A stretch of 64,000 bases of DNA from Mobula hypostoma. Lineage: Eukaryota. Position numbers and translations under genes: made by a program. Positions 1 through 12,456 of this stretch are shown one piece after another (the stretch's first letter is position 1; every line of letters starts with the position of its first letter). The stretch lies in NCBI RefSeq assembly GCF_963921235.1, contig NC_086108.1, positions 102,488,001-102,552,000 on the forward strand, given 5' to 3'. Under the pieces are notes generated by a model. That model made no database searches, had not been told where the DNA came from, and worked only from the letters and a program-made list of their open reading frames with translations.

Positions 1-265
1 TAATACCCCAAGTGTGGTCTAACCAGAGTTGTATAGAGCTGCAACATTATCTCCCAGCTCTTGAACTCAATCCCCTAACTAACGAAGACCAGTACTCCAT
101 AAGCCTTCTTACCCACCCAATCAACTTCGGCAGCAATTTTGAGGGATCTGTGGATGTGGACCCTAAGGTCCTTCTGTTCCTCCACACAACCAGGAGTACT
201 ATCATTAACCTTATACTCCGCCTTCAAAAGTGCATCATATACTTTTCCCGATTAGGCATAGATTA
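1..265 (-). mobile_element. Degenerate CR1 LINE ORF2 fragment
   Basis: Minus strand reads a MLQLYTTLVRPHL-like CR1 C-terminal motif. Confidence 0.65.
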
Positions 266-319
266 AGACTAATCCATACAGATGAAAGTAAAGGCTATCC
301 AACTATTAATATCCAAATA

Positions 320-615
320 AAAGTCCGATTTATAATTTATTCAACTATCAATGCCCTCCTTTGCATCAACACCAATTCAGTCTGAGGATATGCTGGGGGC
401 AGCCCGCATGTGTTGCCATGGTTTTGGTACCAGTGCAGCATGCCCACAACTTGCTAACCTAACCCATACACCCTTGGAATACCAGAGGAAACCAGAAACC
501 AGAGCACCTGGAGGACATCCACAGGGTCCCGAAGGGAACCTATAAACTCCTTACAGGGAACAGCAGGAACTGCACCTAGTTGCTGGCACTGTGAAGTGTT
601 ACACTGGCTGATACA
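320..615 (-). mobile_element. HE1-type V-SINE, degenerate
   Basis: V-domain-like segment ggaaaccagagcacctggagga shared with the other copies. Confidence 0.65.
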
Positions 616-1464
616 ATTATTAGGTTACTAGATCAGCACAGCATCGTGGTCTGAAGGACCTGCTTATGGTGCTGTACTTTCTAGGTTCTATGTTCCACTT
701 AACTTGTACTTCACAAATAACATGCTGCGAGAATGAATTGAAGCTGCAGTTTCAACTGTTCACAAGATGCATTGCACTGTCTTGGTAATAGTTACTGAAA
801 TAAATGTTCTATTGCCTCTTCTTGTAGATGAGGCCATCATTCTTTGTGGTTAAAAATACACTGGGATATCAAAAGCAATGATAAGCAAACGTAACCATCG
901 GTGTTCTCTGCTGATCTGAAAATAACTCAGCATCAATTCAGAACATCAACAAACGGTCACTGGGGTACCAGACTGAGGCACAGCTCTCAAAGCAATATTA
1001 TATCAGCAAGAAACCATTCCCAGATTGTTTCCTTGATTAAACCAGGGCACAATCAACTCTGCCCTCACCTCTTTCATTTTCCTTTCCCTATGCCATGTCA
1101 TTCCCACTCCCAGATCAATTCTATTCTAAATTCACTCCTCAGATCTTTGTCAATCCCATTGATTCTCCCTCTCAATCACACAGCAGTTTCCCATCCTTGC
1201 CTTTAGCTCTTGTCTGCATTTGAGAATGGATAGGAAAAGTTTAGAGGGATATGGTGCAAATGCAGGCGAATGGGACTAGCTTAGATGGGCACCTTGTTTG
1301 GCATGAACCAGTTGGGTTGAAGGGCTCGTTTGCGTGCTGTATGATTCTATGCGAATCTATGAAACAGGCAAAAGATCCTCTGCCACCAGCTTTGTAATGG
1401 TCTGAACTGCATGAACAGTGAGAGAGAAAAGCTGTTCACTGTACCTTGGTACATTTTATCTATC

Positions 1465-2217
1465 TTTGTTTATTTTGAGATACACCGCAGAACACCCCAC
1501 TGTTTTGTTTTGTAACTTCAAAACATTAACATAATTCAAAGGAAGAGCGGGAGTCTGAAATGGCCATAAGATAGGGGAGCAGAATTAGGCCATCTGGTCC
1601 ATCGAGTCTGCTCCGCCATTCAATCATGGCTGATCTCCTCCTCAACCCCATTTTCCAGCCTTCTCCCCATCACCTTTGATGCCATGTCCAATCAAGAACC
1701 TATCAATCTCTACCTTAAATATACCCAAAGACCTGGCCTCCACAGCTGCATGTGGCAACAAATTCCACAAATGCAGGTCTAACTTCACGTTTACTTTAAG
1801 CAAGATGCACACGTACCATTTGGTAGTATGATGACATATGCAATTCACAGATTTTTTACATATAATCATAAGGAATTACATAAATAACAAAGATGCTTAA
1901 TCAAACAATATTTTTACTCAAATATTACTGAAATATTAATTACACAACACCAACAAGTCACACCATCCCCCCCACCCCCCCAGCATCCCACCTATTTAAC
2001 ACTAACCTAATCATAGGACAATTTACAACGACCAATTAACCAACTTATGGGTACACCTTTGGATTGTGGGTGGAAACCAGAGCATCCGGAGGAAACCCAT
2101 ATGGTCACGGGGAGAACGTACAAACTCCATACAGATGGCGCTGGAATTGAACTGTGAACTCCAGGTCACCCTGAGCTGCAATAGTGTCATGCTAACCACT
2201 GTGCTATCGTGGCACCC
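1465..2217 (-). mobile_element. HE1-type V-SINE with CR1-type tail, interrupted by a solo LTR
   Basis: tRNA-like head at ~2150-2217 (gggtgccacgatagcacagtggttagc...gttcaattcc on minus), V-domain at ~2060-2130, tail remnant at 1465-1495. Confidence 0.75.
1501..1949 (-). mobile_element. Solo LTR (Gypsy/BEL-like), itself interrupted by a CR1 3' end at ~1564-1770
   Basis: TGTT...AACA termini; 5-bp flanks cccac/ccaac; AGTAAA on the minus strand; inner CR1 flanked by aaatg duplication. Confidence 0.6.
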
Positions 2218-2611
2218 AAATGAGATCTTGCTTTTCACGTCATTAAATGCTGCAGTCTTGACGAGGAAAATACTTTGAAACTGACTCAAGTTCTAACAGA
2301 AAAGGATTGTACTTGAAGCACTGACTTTGCATATATGAGCCCAACACCTTACCTCGTGACTGCCATGACATCTGATATTAATAAACAAATTCCAATTCAA
2401 ATTTGACTAACATGTAGACAAAGGCATATGAATGGTCCATAATGTGGTATTTGTATGGTAATTGCTTTAGTATTGTCACCTGCCCCGAGATACAGTGAAA
2501 AAAATTGTGTACATGTCGTGCATATAGATCACACCATAACTAAGTATGTAAATAAGGGCTGGGTTTGTTATTCCTCTCCATAGATGCTGCCAATCTTGTG
2601 GAATTCCATAC

Positions 2612-3340
2612 AAACATAAGATATAGGAGCAGATTTAGGCCATTTGGCCCATTGAGTCTGCTCCATCATTCTATCATTGCTGATTTATTAATCCTCTCAA
2701 CCCCATTCTCCTGCCTTTTCTCTATAGCATTTGACACCCTTACAGATAAAGAATCTATCAACTTCTGCTTTAAATCACATTAAATCAGGGGTTCCTAACC
2801 TTTTTTATGCCATGGACCCTAGGTTGGGAACCCCTGCTTTAAATATACCTAATAACTTGGCCTCCAAAGCCATCTGTGGCAATGGATTCCACAGATTCGC
2901 TGCCCGCTGAGTAAAATAATTCCTCCTCATCTCCGTTCTAAGGGGACGATTCTAAATTTCTAAAGGCCCTCTGGTTCAAGATTCCCCCACTATATGAAAC
3001 AACCTCTCTTCATGCACTTTATCTCAGCCTTTCAATATTTGATAGGTTTCAATGAGATTCCCCTCCTTCTTCTAATCCCCAGCAAGTAGAGGCCCAGAGC
3101 CCTCAAACGCTCCTCATATGTTAACCCTTTCATTCCCAGGATCATTCTTATGAACCTTCTCTGGACCCTCTTTAATGCCAGCATATCTTTTCTTAGATAA
3201 GGGGCCCAAAACTGCTCACGTGTGCTCTTGTCAAAGCCTTATAAAGCCTCAGCATTTCACCCTTGCTTTTATATTCTAGTCTTGAGATGAATGCTAACAT
3301 TACATTTGCCTTCCTTACCACTGACTCAACCTGCAAATTT
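2612..3340 (-). mobile_element. CR1 (HER1-like) LINE 3' fragment
   Basis: ORF track VESVVRKANVMLAFISRLEYKS...LYKAL; tail ctcctatatcttatg. Confidence 0.85.
2786..2836. mobile_element. 51-bp hAT (Charlie-like) mini-MITE
   Basis: TIRs caggggttcctaacct / aggttgggaacccctg; 8-bp flanks cattaaat / ctttaaat. Confidence 0.8.
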
Positions 3341-3601
3341 CCTTCAGCATTTTGTGTGTGCTTTCCCTGGAGTGCAGGAGGCTGTGAGGATAACCTGACT
3401 GGGTTATATGTAATTATGCTGGGGAGAGAAATGGTAATATTAAAATTATTTTTCCCATAATGGGTGTGTCTAAGCCAAGAGGGCACATTTTTAATTTTTA
3501 AGAGGGTACATTTTTAGATTGGAAGTTTAGAGAGGACCTAAGGAGATAAATTTTCGCACTATTGCATACAGTACATCAATTGGAAAGACAAGTTTTGAGG
3601 A

Positions 3602-3985
3602 ACAGAGGCACAAGTGATTCTGCAGATGCTGGAAGTCTTGAGCAACACATAAAAGTCTGCAGGAACTCAGTAGATAGAGCAGCATCGATGGAAATGAATA
3701 AACAGTCTATGTTTTGGGCCAAGACACACCCTTTCCTTTATTCCATGATCTACTCCTCTCCTATTAGATTTCTTATTCTTTAACACTTTACTTCTACAAC
3801 CTATTACCTCCCAGCTTCATGCACCTTTACCTGGTCTCACCTATCATCTACCAGCTTTACTCCTTCCCCTCCCCCCACCTTCTTAGTCTGGCTTCTTCCC
3901 CCTTCCTTTCCAAAAGTGTCACCTGTTTATTTCCCTCCACAGATGCTGCCTGACTGCTGAGTTCCTCCAGCAGTTGTGTTTGTAG
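3602..3985. mobile_element. Penelope-like pLTR repeat (family A), inverted pair
   Basis: gattctgcagatgctggaa...ggaactcag...gcagcatc arm facing gatgctgcctgactgctgagttcctccagca arm; hammerhead region truncated or deleted. Confidence 0.7.
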
Positions 3986-4419
3986 TTAACAAATGAGGAG
4001 ATACTGCTCAGAAATCCTGAATGGTTCCAGTATCCTAAACAAAATATAACCTGCCAGTTTAAAATTTCTTTAACGCAACCTTAATTTACCAACAACTGAC
4101 AGTGAACCCCATAAAGAGATCTTAAGGCAATGCGTTTGTGATTGGCTAGAGAAGATCACCTTAGAGAAGGATGGAGAGGTAGAGGTGCAGAGTGATTCAG
4201 ACAAAATTCCAGAGTTTAGGATTTTGACAGCTGAAGATCGGGAGACCAACAGTGGAGGGATTAAATCTGGAATCAAAAGAAGTCCAGAATTATGGAATTA
4301 GAGATCTTTTTGGCGTTCTATGGAGTTGGATGAGATTACAAAGATAAAGAAGGGCAAGACCTTATAGAAGTTTATAAAATCAAGAGGGTTATAGATAAGG
4401 TGGAAAAGCAGTCTCTTTT

Positions 4420-4712
4420 GGGTGGCATGGTAGCGCATCACTTTACAGCACTAGCTGTAAGATTGGTTCAATTCCTGATATTTCCTGTAAGGAGTTTGTA
4501 CATTCTCCCCATGAATGCATGGGTTTCTGCCCACTTTCCAAAGATGTACGGTTAGGGCTAGTGAGTTGTAGGCATTCTATGTTTGCGCTGGAAGTGTGGC
4601 AACACTTGCAGCCTGCTCTGTCCAATCCTCACTGATTTGATTTGACACAAACCAAACGACGGATTTCACTGGATGTTTTGATGTACATGTGATAAATAAA
4701 GCTAATCTTTAA
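4420..4712 (+). mobile_element. HE1-type V-SINE with Rex-like tail
   Basis: gggtggcatggtagc A-box-like, ggttcaattcc B box, tail atgtacatgtgataaataaagctaatcttt. Confidence 0.8.
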
Positions 4713-5758
4713 TCTCTTTTTCCCAGGGTAGGGGAGTCTAAAACTAGGGATTTGAGGTGAGAATGGAAAGAGTTAAAAGGGTCTTAAAGGGAAACCTTTT
4801 CGGACAAAGGGCGGTAGCTAAATTGGAACGAGCTGTCAGAGGAGGCAGGTATAAAAACATGTTTAAAGGACATTTAGACAGGTTTGTGGATAGAATAGTT
4901 CAAATTTATTGTCATCTGACTGCCCATACATACGACCAAATGAAACTTTGTAACTCCGGACCACGGTGCACTCACAAAACCTATATCACATATAACACAT
5001 AAAACAAAATATTACCATAAATATGTTGAACCCATAAACACTACACTATTTTTTATTTCTATTTTTGCCCTACTTACTTAATTTAACTATTTTTTATACC
5101 TAGTGTAATTCACATTCTTATTCTAATATGTATTGTACTGCAAAGACAACAGATTTCATAACATATGCCAGTGATATTAAACCTGATTCTGTATAATAAA
5201 GTAGAATTCAAAATGCATGTAGTGCACAACACAGGTAAGCAGCTCACTGTCGTAGTGACGAGGCCTCAGTGGTAGCAGGGTATTCATTAGCTTTACAGCC
5301 TGAGGAAAGAAGCTGTTACCCAGTCTGGCAGTCCAAATCCTGATGCTTCTGTTCCTCCTTCCTGCTGTGGGTCAAAGAGAAAAGGTCTAAAGAGATCTAG
5401 GCCAAATAGAGGCAAATGGGACTAGCTTGGATAGACATCTTGGTCAGCGTGAGCGAATTCTGTTGAAGGGCCTGTTTTCCTGGTGTATGACTCTTAAGAC
5501 AATGGAAAGATCTGAAACGAATGCTTAGCTATTGTGGATCAGTGAGCTCAGTGACAATGGATGAACAGTATTCAGTGTCAGTTATAACGCGGATAGGAGA
5601 ACTTTGGAGGGCCTTGGGTTCAGGGGTGTCAAACAAGAGTGCAAATCATAGTTAGTGATGACAGAGACAAAGTTGAGGATAAAGCACCAGGTCAGCCAGA
5701 TGCAGGGACTGAGTTATTCAATAGAATGCGAGAGTCTTCATTGTGACATAGTAATATA

Positions 5759-6322
5759 CACTCAGTGGCCACTTTATTATGTACACATGCTTATTAATGC
5801 AAATATCCAATCAGCCAATCATGCGGCAGCAACTCAATGGATAAAAGCATGAAGGATAAAAGCATGGTCAAGAGGTTCAGTCGTTGTTCAGACCAAACAT
5901 CAGAATGGAGAAGAATTATGATATAAGTGACTTCGACCGTGGAATGATTGCTGGTGCCAGATGGGGTGGTTTGCATATCGAGAAACTGCTGATCTCCTGG
6001 GATTTTCACACATAACAGTCTCTAGAGTTTACAGAGAATGATGTGAAAAACAAAACAAAAAATCCAGTGTGCGGCAGTTTTGTGGGCAAAATGCTTTGTC
6101 AATGACAGAGGCTAGAGGAGAACAGCCAGACTGGTTGAACTGACAGGAAGGCAACAGTAACTGAAATAACCATGTGTTAAAACAGTGGTGTGTACAAGAA
6201 CATCTCTGAATGCACAGCTATGAAGTAAATGGGCTATAATGAAGGAAGACCACGTTGGGTTCCACTCCTGTGGCCACTTTATTAAGTACACTTCTATACC
6301 TGATAAAGTGATCACTTGAGTG
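5759..6322 (+). mobile_element. Non-autonomous Tc1/mariner element (internally deleted transposase)
   Basis: TA|cactcagtggccactttatta ... gataaagtgatcacttgagtg|TA; internal remnant of a Tc1 N-terminal DNA-binding domain (SDFDRGMIAGAR). Confidence 0.85.
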
Positions 6323-6329
6323 TAGCACG

Positions 6330-7295
6330 AGATGGAAGAAAAGTTATTTCCCGTGGTAGGGGAGTCTAGGACAAGAGGGCACAACTTCAGGATTGAAGGA
6401 CATCCATTTAGAACAGAGATGCGGAGAAATTACTTTAGTCAGAGGGTGGTAAGTCTGTGAACTTTGCCGCCACCAGCGGCTGTGGAAGCCAAATCATTGG
6501 GTGCATTTAAGGCAGAGATAGATAGGTTCTTGATTAGCCAGTGCATCAAAGGGTATAGGGAGAAAGCAGGGGAGTGGGGATGACTGAAAGACTTGGATCA
6601 GCCCATGATTGAATGACAGAGCAGACTTGATGGGCCGAATGGCCTACTTCTGCTCCTATATCTTATGGTCTTATGGTCTTATAAACCGTGAATTGACTAG
6701 CCAGTATTCCCTGTAGTACGGAATGTTTTATTATGATTTATTTTTATCTATATTAATGATTTAGATGATAATGTGGTAAACTGGATCAGTGAATTTGCAA
6801 ATGACACCAAGATTGGGGGTGTAGTGGACAGTGAGGAAGGCTACCAAAGCATGCAGAGAAAATTTACAAGGATGTTGTCGGGGCTTGAGGTTCCGAGTTA
6901 TAGGGAAAGGTTAAATAGATTAGGACTTTGCTTCCTGGAGCACAGGAGAACGAGGGGAGATCTTATATAGATATACAAAATTATGAGGGGTATAGATAGG
7001 ATGCATGCAGGTTTTTCCCCCTCAGGTTGGGTGAGACTAACTAGAGGCCATGTATTTAGGATGAATGGTGAAATATTTAAGGGAAATCCGATGGGAACTT
7101 AGACCGTGATGCAAGTGTGGAATGAGCTGCCAGCAGATATGGTAGATGTGGGTTCTACACTAACACTTAAGAGAAGTTTTCATAGGTACATATATGAAGG
7201 TCTATAGTCCAGGTGCAGGTAGAATGAACTGAGGCAGTATGAACTAGTTGGGCCAAAGGGCCTGTTTCTCTGCTGCAGTGCTGTCTGACTCTATT
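6330..7295 (+). mobile_element. Two CR1 LINE 3' fragments (~6330-6682 and ~6740-7295)
   Basis: FANDTKIGG RT motif; QRKFTRMLSGLE; (tcttatgg)n tail at ~6660-6682. Confidence 0.85.
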
Positions 7296-7786
7296 GTTGA
7301 ATTTGATAATGACTAAAAAAGCAAGATAGGTAAATAAATATGCAGTAAGTTATTTCCTTCAAAAAAATGTCAAGAACAAAAGGGTGTAACTTTTCAGCTG
7401 TTCAGGTGAAACCATTTCACACAATGAGCAAAGGAAATCATTCAGACTTGCAAAGTTAGCTTTGTTTTTTCTTTCCCATGGCTTCCTGGCCTGTTGTTTC
7501 CAGCGTCTTTTAATATATTTTAGATTTCCAGCACCTGCAGTTTTGTTTTAATTAGTAAATGATATTTGTTACCTCAAGGTATTAATCACTGGGGCATGGT
7601 AGTTAATGGAGTTGAAGGGGAGATTAATAAGATTTAATTGAAGACCAGAAACAGATTAAGGTCTAAATGGACCCTTTTGTTGTCTACATCTGATATTAGA
7701 AATGAGTTATTTCACTCTGTGAAACTTGTTTCTTTTGCCAGGTTAACAATTCTTTTCCCCTTTTTTCTACCAATTCAACCTTACAG

Positions 7787-7993
7787 AAGAAATCGATTTT
7801 TGTGCTGAGTTCAATACTGATGGCCTCGCTCTTTGGGGCCGTGGTCCGGTACACAAACCACATCTCATCGCTGCTTCTTCAGTCTTACCCTGACCAGGAT
7901 GGGATTTTAAGCACAGCAAGAGCGTTCACACATACCACCATCAGCCAGCAGCCCCGCGACCTCCTTGGCTACATCAGTGTCACAACGCAGCAG
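7787..7993 (+). CDS. st6galnac3: Internal coding exon (exon 2: cytoplasmic tail end, TM anchor and stem) of alpha-N-acetylgalactosaminide alpha-2,6-sialyltransferase 3
   Basis: Polypyrimidine tract with ttacAG acceptor (AG 7785-7786) and CAG|gtaact donor (GT 7994). 207 nt, open in phase 0: KKSIFVLSSILMASLFGAVVRYTNHISSLLLQSYPDQDGILSTARAFTHTTISQQPRDLLGYISVTTQQ. This matches remembered human ST6GALNAC3 exon 2 (RKSVIAVSFIAAFLFLLVVRLVNE...YGYINVKTQE) at both ends. Exons 1 and 3 were not seen in the window. Confidence 0.85.
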
Positions 7994-8124
7994 GTAACTG
8001 TATCAATATGGCGACGCAATCCTTTCATATCAACATGGATATCATATTTACCCTTAGTTTGTGCTCAGGCACAAGGTTGGTAATTGATAATCTGTTTAGC
8101 CATAAGAACTACTTCTGACAAGCA

Positions 8125-8660
8125 CAATATTTTCTGGGCCCATATCTAAGGAAAGATGCTGGGCCTGGAGAGTGTTCAGAGGACGTTCACAAGAATGATC
8201 CAAGGAACAAAAAGCTTAACATATGAGGAGTGTTTGATGGCTGTGGGTCTGTACTTGATGGAATTCAGAAGAATGAGGGGGAATCTCATTGAAACCTACT
8301 GGATGCTGAAAGGTCTCAATATTGAGATGTTTCCATTGGTAGGGAAGTCTAGGATTTGAGGGCACAGCCTCAGGACAAAGGATGTTCCATTAAAACTGAG
8401 ATGAGGAGGGGAATCAACAATGAAATGAAATTTCTTTAGGCAGAGGGTGGTGAATCTGTGGAATTTGTTGCCATGGAGTTTCATGGAGGCTAAGTCACCA
8501 TGTCTCTTTAAGGCAACGATTGATAGGTTCTTGATTGGTAATGGGTTAAGGATAGATGGGTGAATGAAGTTTAAAAAGTTCAGCCATGACTGAATGGTGA
8601 AGCAGACTGAATGAGCTGAATGGTCTAATTTTGCTCCTATCTCTTTTTGGTCTCATGGTA
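8125..8660 (+). mobile_element. CR1 LINE 3' fragment
   Basis: LESVQRTFTRMIQG...MRGNLIETY; CR1 3' UTR. Confidence 0.85.
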
Positions 8661-9360
8661 TTTGGTTTATTACTATCACATGTTTTAAGATAAAGTGGAA
8701 AGCATTTGTTTGCATGCCAGCCTGACAGATCGTCCCATACAGAAGTACAATGAGGTAGTACAAAAGGAAAAGAAGCAAAATTAAGAATATAGAGTTACTG
8801 ATCAGAATCAGGTTTATTATCACTGGCATATGTTGTGATATTTCTTAATATGCAGAAAATTCAGGACAGGTACACAGCAGTCCCTTGACTCATCTTTGTT
8901 CATCCAATTTATCCTCAAAGCAGAGGTTCCTGAACCAATTTTACCGCCTGCATTTTAAAGAGATTTTTTTCTCCTTCCCTCTTACTCTCCACACTAATGA
9001 TAAAATATTCTTATTTATAACCTTACCACACAATTACTAGGGTGACAATGCCACATTCCAAGTTCAAAAACCAAAGAATAAAAGTTTTTTAAAAATTTCT
9101 ACTGTGCACCATATCTCATTGTCAACAGCCTTTCTGGGGGTGGTGGGGGGGGGGGGCGGTCAGAATGTCAGACAGTGGCATCCCACTAAAGTGATTTGAG
9201 CAGCGGATGTAGGTTGAGACTCCAAAGCAGTACTAAAGAAAGTTGGTACCTTTGGAGGAGCGTGTAAACCATCATATGACAGCAGTGTTTGAATGGAGAG
9301 GCAGGATGTTCTCAGTGTCCGGAGGGATGCTCAGTGCAGAAAACTCTGCCACAGTCCGTA

Positions 9361-10010
9361 GGGCGGCATGGTAGCATTATGGCATCCGTTAGTCTTGCGA
9401 AATCATGGCTCTGCGCCTGGAAAGTCTTCACTCTCCAGGGCACAGGCCTGAGCAAGGTTGTATGGAAGACCAGCAGTTGCCCATGCTGCAAGTCTCCCCT
9501 CTCCATGACGCCAATGTTGTCCAAGGGAAGGGCATTAGGGCCCATACAGCTTGGCACCAGTGTCGTCACAGAGCAATGTGTGATTAAGTGCCTTGCTCAA
9601 GGACACAACATGTGTGTCCTTGTTGTGAGTGTTATGTTGCCTCGGCTGGGGCTTGAACTCATGACCTTCAGGTCGCTAGTCCAATGCCTTAACCACTTGG
9701 CCACTTGCCCACATGGTAGCATAGTGGTTAGTGTAAAATTCGATAGCACCAGCTGTAAACTGAGGATTGTACATTCCCACCATGGCCGCATGGGTTTCCT
9801 CTGTGTGCTCTGGTTTCCTCCCACGTTCCAGAGACATCAAGGTAGAGTTAGTAAGTTGTGGGCATGCTAGTTATGTGCTGGAACTATGGCAACACTTGCC
9901 TCCAGCACATCTGGACTGTGGTGGTCGTTGAAGCAAAAACAATGCATTTCACTGTATACTTCAATGTTTTGATATGCATGTGACAAATAAAGCTAATGTT
10001 TTATCTTTAT
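9361..10010 (+). mobile_element. HE1-type V-SINE with Rex-like tail, split by a CORE-type SINE
   Basis: Head gggcggcatggtagcat resumes at 9712; V-domain and acaaataaagctaat tail follow. Confidence 0.75.
9378..9711 (-). mobile_element. tRNA-derived CORE-like SINE with RTE-type tail (copy 1)
   Basis: Minus strand gtggccaagtggttaagg A box, gttcaagcc B box, gtgtccttgagcaaggcacttaa CORE-like segment; 11-bp TSD catggtagcat (9367-9377 / 9712-9722). Confidence 0.85.
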
Positions 10011-11156
10011 CCCTTCACCTCACTCTACCTATAGGACCACCGCGGAGACTGAAATCATGTGTGTGTGTGTGTGCTCCAAGACCTCTTGGACCTGAGTGAT
10101 CTAGATCCCAAAAAGTCTCTGGGTGAAAAATATATCCTTCTAAAGATCACATTCTAATTATTTTGTATAGCCTATGATTATTAATTCACTCAACAAAGGG
10201 AGCAGCTTTTCCCCTTTGAATTTGAATTAACAAAGCACATTTATTACCAAAGAATTTATCAACATACTCTACAAAGTGAGCAGCTTTTCCTTTTTGTTAA
10301 TAAAAGCTCTTGTATTAAATCTTCTCCTCCTCTGTTCCAAAGAGAACCAGCCCACTATTATCACATACTCTTAGTAACAGTCCCTCACTTCTGGTAACAT
10401 CCTGGTCTATGTCCTTCAACCATTTTCAGGCCCTTACAACTTTCTTGCGGCCCAGAACTGTCCACAGAATTTGAATTAAAATCTAATCATAAATCTCTTA
10501 CTAGATTTCTCTGTCTTTCTTGTCTTGTCATGCAGTGTGGCCTTTTCCTCATTGTATCACATTGCTATGCAATTCTAAGAATTTGTGTTTTGATAACAAA
10601 GCCATGCAGATATATATATTTATTGAAATCACACATTTTATTCCATGCCATGCTTGCATTTCCTAGTTTATAATATCCCAGGCAATTCTAGCCTTCAGTC
10701 CACCTTTCTGGGACTTGGTGGACTTTAGGTCCTGTTTCTGTGCCATGTGACTCAGTTCATTATATGAATAACTTTGCGATGATCAGTCTTAAATTGATTC
10801 ATTGTTACATTAAACCTCTGTCTCTTTTCCCCACTCACAGTTTAATTTTCCACGTTTACCTCTGCCATATGAAACCAGGTTATTATCTCAGATGCCCCCT
10901 TTCATAAGAGGAAAGCCTTGCAATAATAGAGTACATTTACCAGCTCGGTCAGGCATCTCTGCAATATAATTTATGTTATAAATGATGTGTAATGAACTCT
11001 CACAAAGCAGATAATTTGTGTTTAGGTATTGTTTTGGCAGGGCATCTGGGGAACTTCCTTTCTCTTTGTTAAAGTATCTCCAAAGGATCCTGTTGAAAGC
11101 AGACAGTACCTTAATGTTTCTTGGAAAAGCTTACTCACTGACTCAGTTTAACAATA

Positions 11157-11375
11157 AACACAAGAGATTCTGCAGATGCTGGAAATCCAGAGTAGCACGT
11201 ACAAAATGTAAGAGGAACTCAGTAAGTCAGGCAGCATCTATGGCAAGGGTTCCCAACCTTTCTTATGCCATGGACCAATACCATTAAGCAAGGGTTCCCG
11301 ATCTATAGAAAAGATTAATCAGTTGCTGTTTCAGGCCGAGCCCCTTCATCAGGGCTGGACAGGAAGGAGGAATGA
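11157..11375 (-). mobile_element. Penelope-like pLTR repeat (family A) with hAT MITE inserted at 11244-11300
   Basis: Minus strand cctgatgaaggggctcggcctgaaacagc (hammerhead with mutated cleavage triplet); MITE flanked by atctatgg / atctatag. Confidence 0.75.
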
Positions 11376-11850
11376 AGGGGGTGACCATGGGCTCACTCAG
11401 ATTCAATCGAACTTCTACTCCTTTCCCCTCCTCCCACCCCCTGACATTGCCTCAGTACTGTACCAAGGCAACAGCCTGGATCTTTGTGCTTGAGCTCCTG
11501 GTATGACTGAAAAATTAAAGGAAGCTAAATTGCTATTGGCTTTGTCACAATACAAACTCCTGAAGCTCTTTTCCAATAGTGCTATGGTCTATAACGCATT
11601 TTTGTATTGAACAGAATGAGATATAAAAGGTTGACTTGTGATCTATTCTTTGCTATTCTCCTGATTACCACCCCCTTACTATCGATTCGCTATAAATTCA
11701 GTCAAGCTCCACAATGCACAGAACAGAAGCCGTTTGCTGACAAAAGAAGCTTATGGTCTCCATTCAGGTGACTTCTACAATTAAAGACAAAACAGGATAA
11801 ATTAACCCTGATTAATATTTAAAGTGGATATCAGGCACTTTATTAATGAA

Positions 11851-12456
11851 ACACACACAAAACGCTGGAGGAGCTCAGCAGGTCAGACAGAATCTAGGGA
11901 AATGAATAAACGGTCAACGTTTCAGACCAAGGCTCTTCTTCATGACTGAAAAGGAAGGGGTAAGGGGAGGGAATGAATTGGCTTGGCCATTAACAGTTTA
12001 TTGTTCATTAGCCCAATCTGGAAATCAGAGGACGATAGTTAATTATAGACATGGGAGGTTCTGCAGATGCTGGAAATCCAGAGCAGCACACATACCACAC
12101 AAACTGCTGGAGGAACTCAACAGGTCAGGCAGCATCTATAGAGAGGACTATATAGTTGGCTTTTTGTCAGCTATTTATTTCCCTCCACAGATTCTGCCTG
12201 ACCTGCTGAGTTCCTCCTGCATTTTGCGATGGCTAATTATAGTTTATTTAGAGTGACACATGCTTCTCAAAGGGTATTATTGCATCAAAGAAACAAGGAG
12301 GCTTTCAACTCAATCAAATCGAATCATAAAGAGCAGAACATGGATCAGTGAACGCATCCACCCTGGCCTTGGTGCTATGCACAAAAGTGCTGGAGAAACT
12401 CAAAGGGTCAGGCAGCATCTACGGAGAGAAATAAACAGTTGATATTTTGAAGTCAA
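11851..12456. mobile_element. Cluster of three Penelope-like family A pieces (~11851-11965, inverted pair ~12047-12230, ~12378-12456)
   Basis: Recurrent gctggaggaactcagcaggtcaggcagcatct motif. Confidence 0.7.

Noticed and set aside
810..900. Possible exon after cttcttgtag acceptor at ~827
   Set aside because: Early stops in the two frames checked, weak donor, no similarity to sialyltransferases.
7802..8083. 93-aa single-exon membrane protein
   Set aside because: It is the st6galnac3 exon frame read through the splice donor at 7994; the start codon is GTG.
9289..9870. 193-aa ORF, and similar ORFs at 19435-19827 and 23734-23979, as a multicopy protein family
   Set aside because: These are antisense readings of the tRNA-CORE SINE, which has A/B boxes and TSDs; frames are not preserved between copies.
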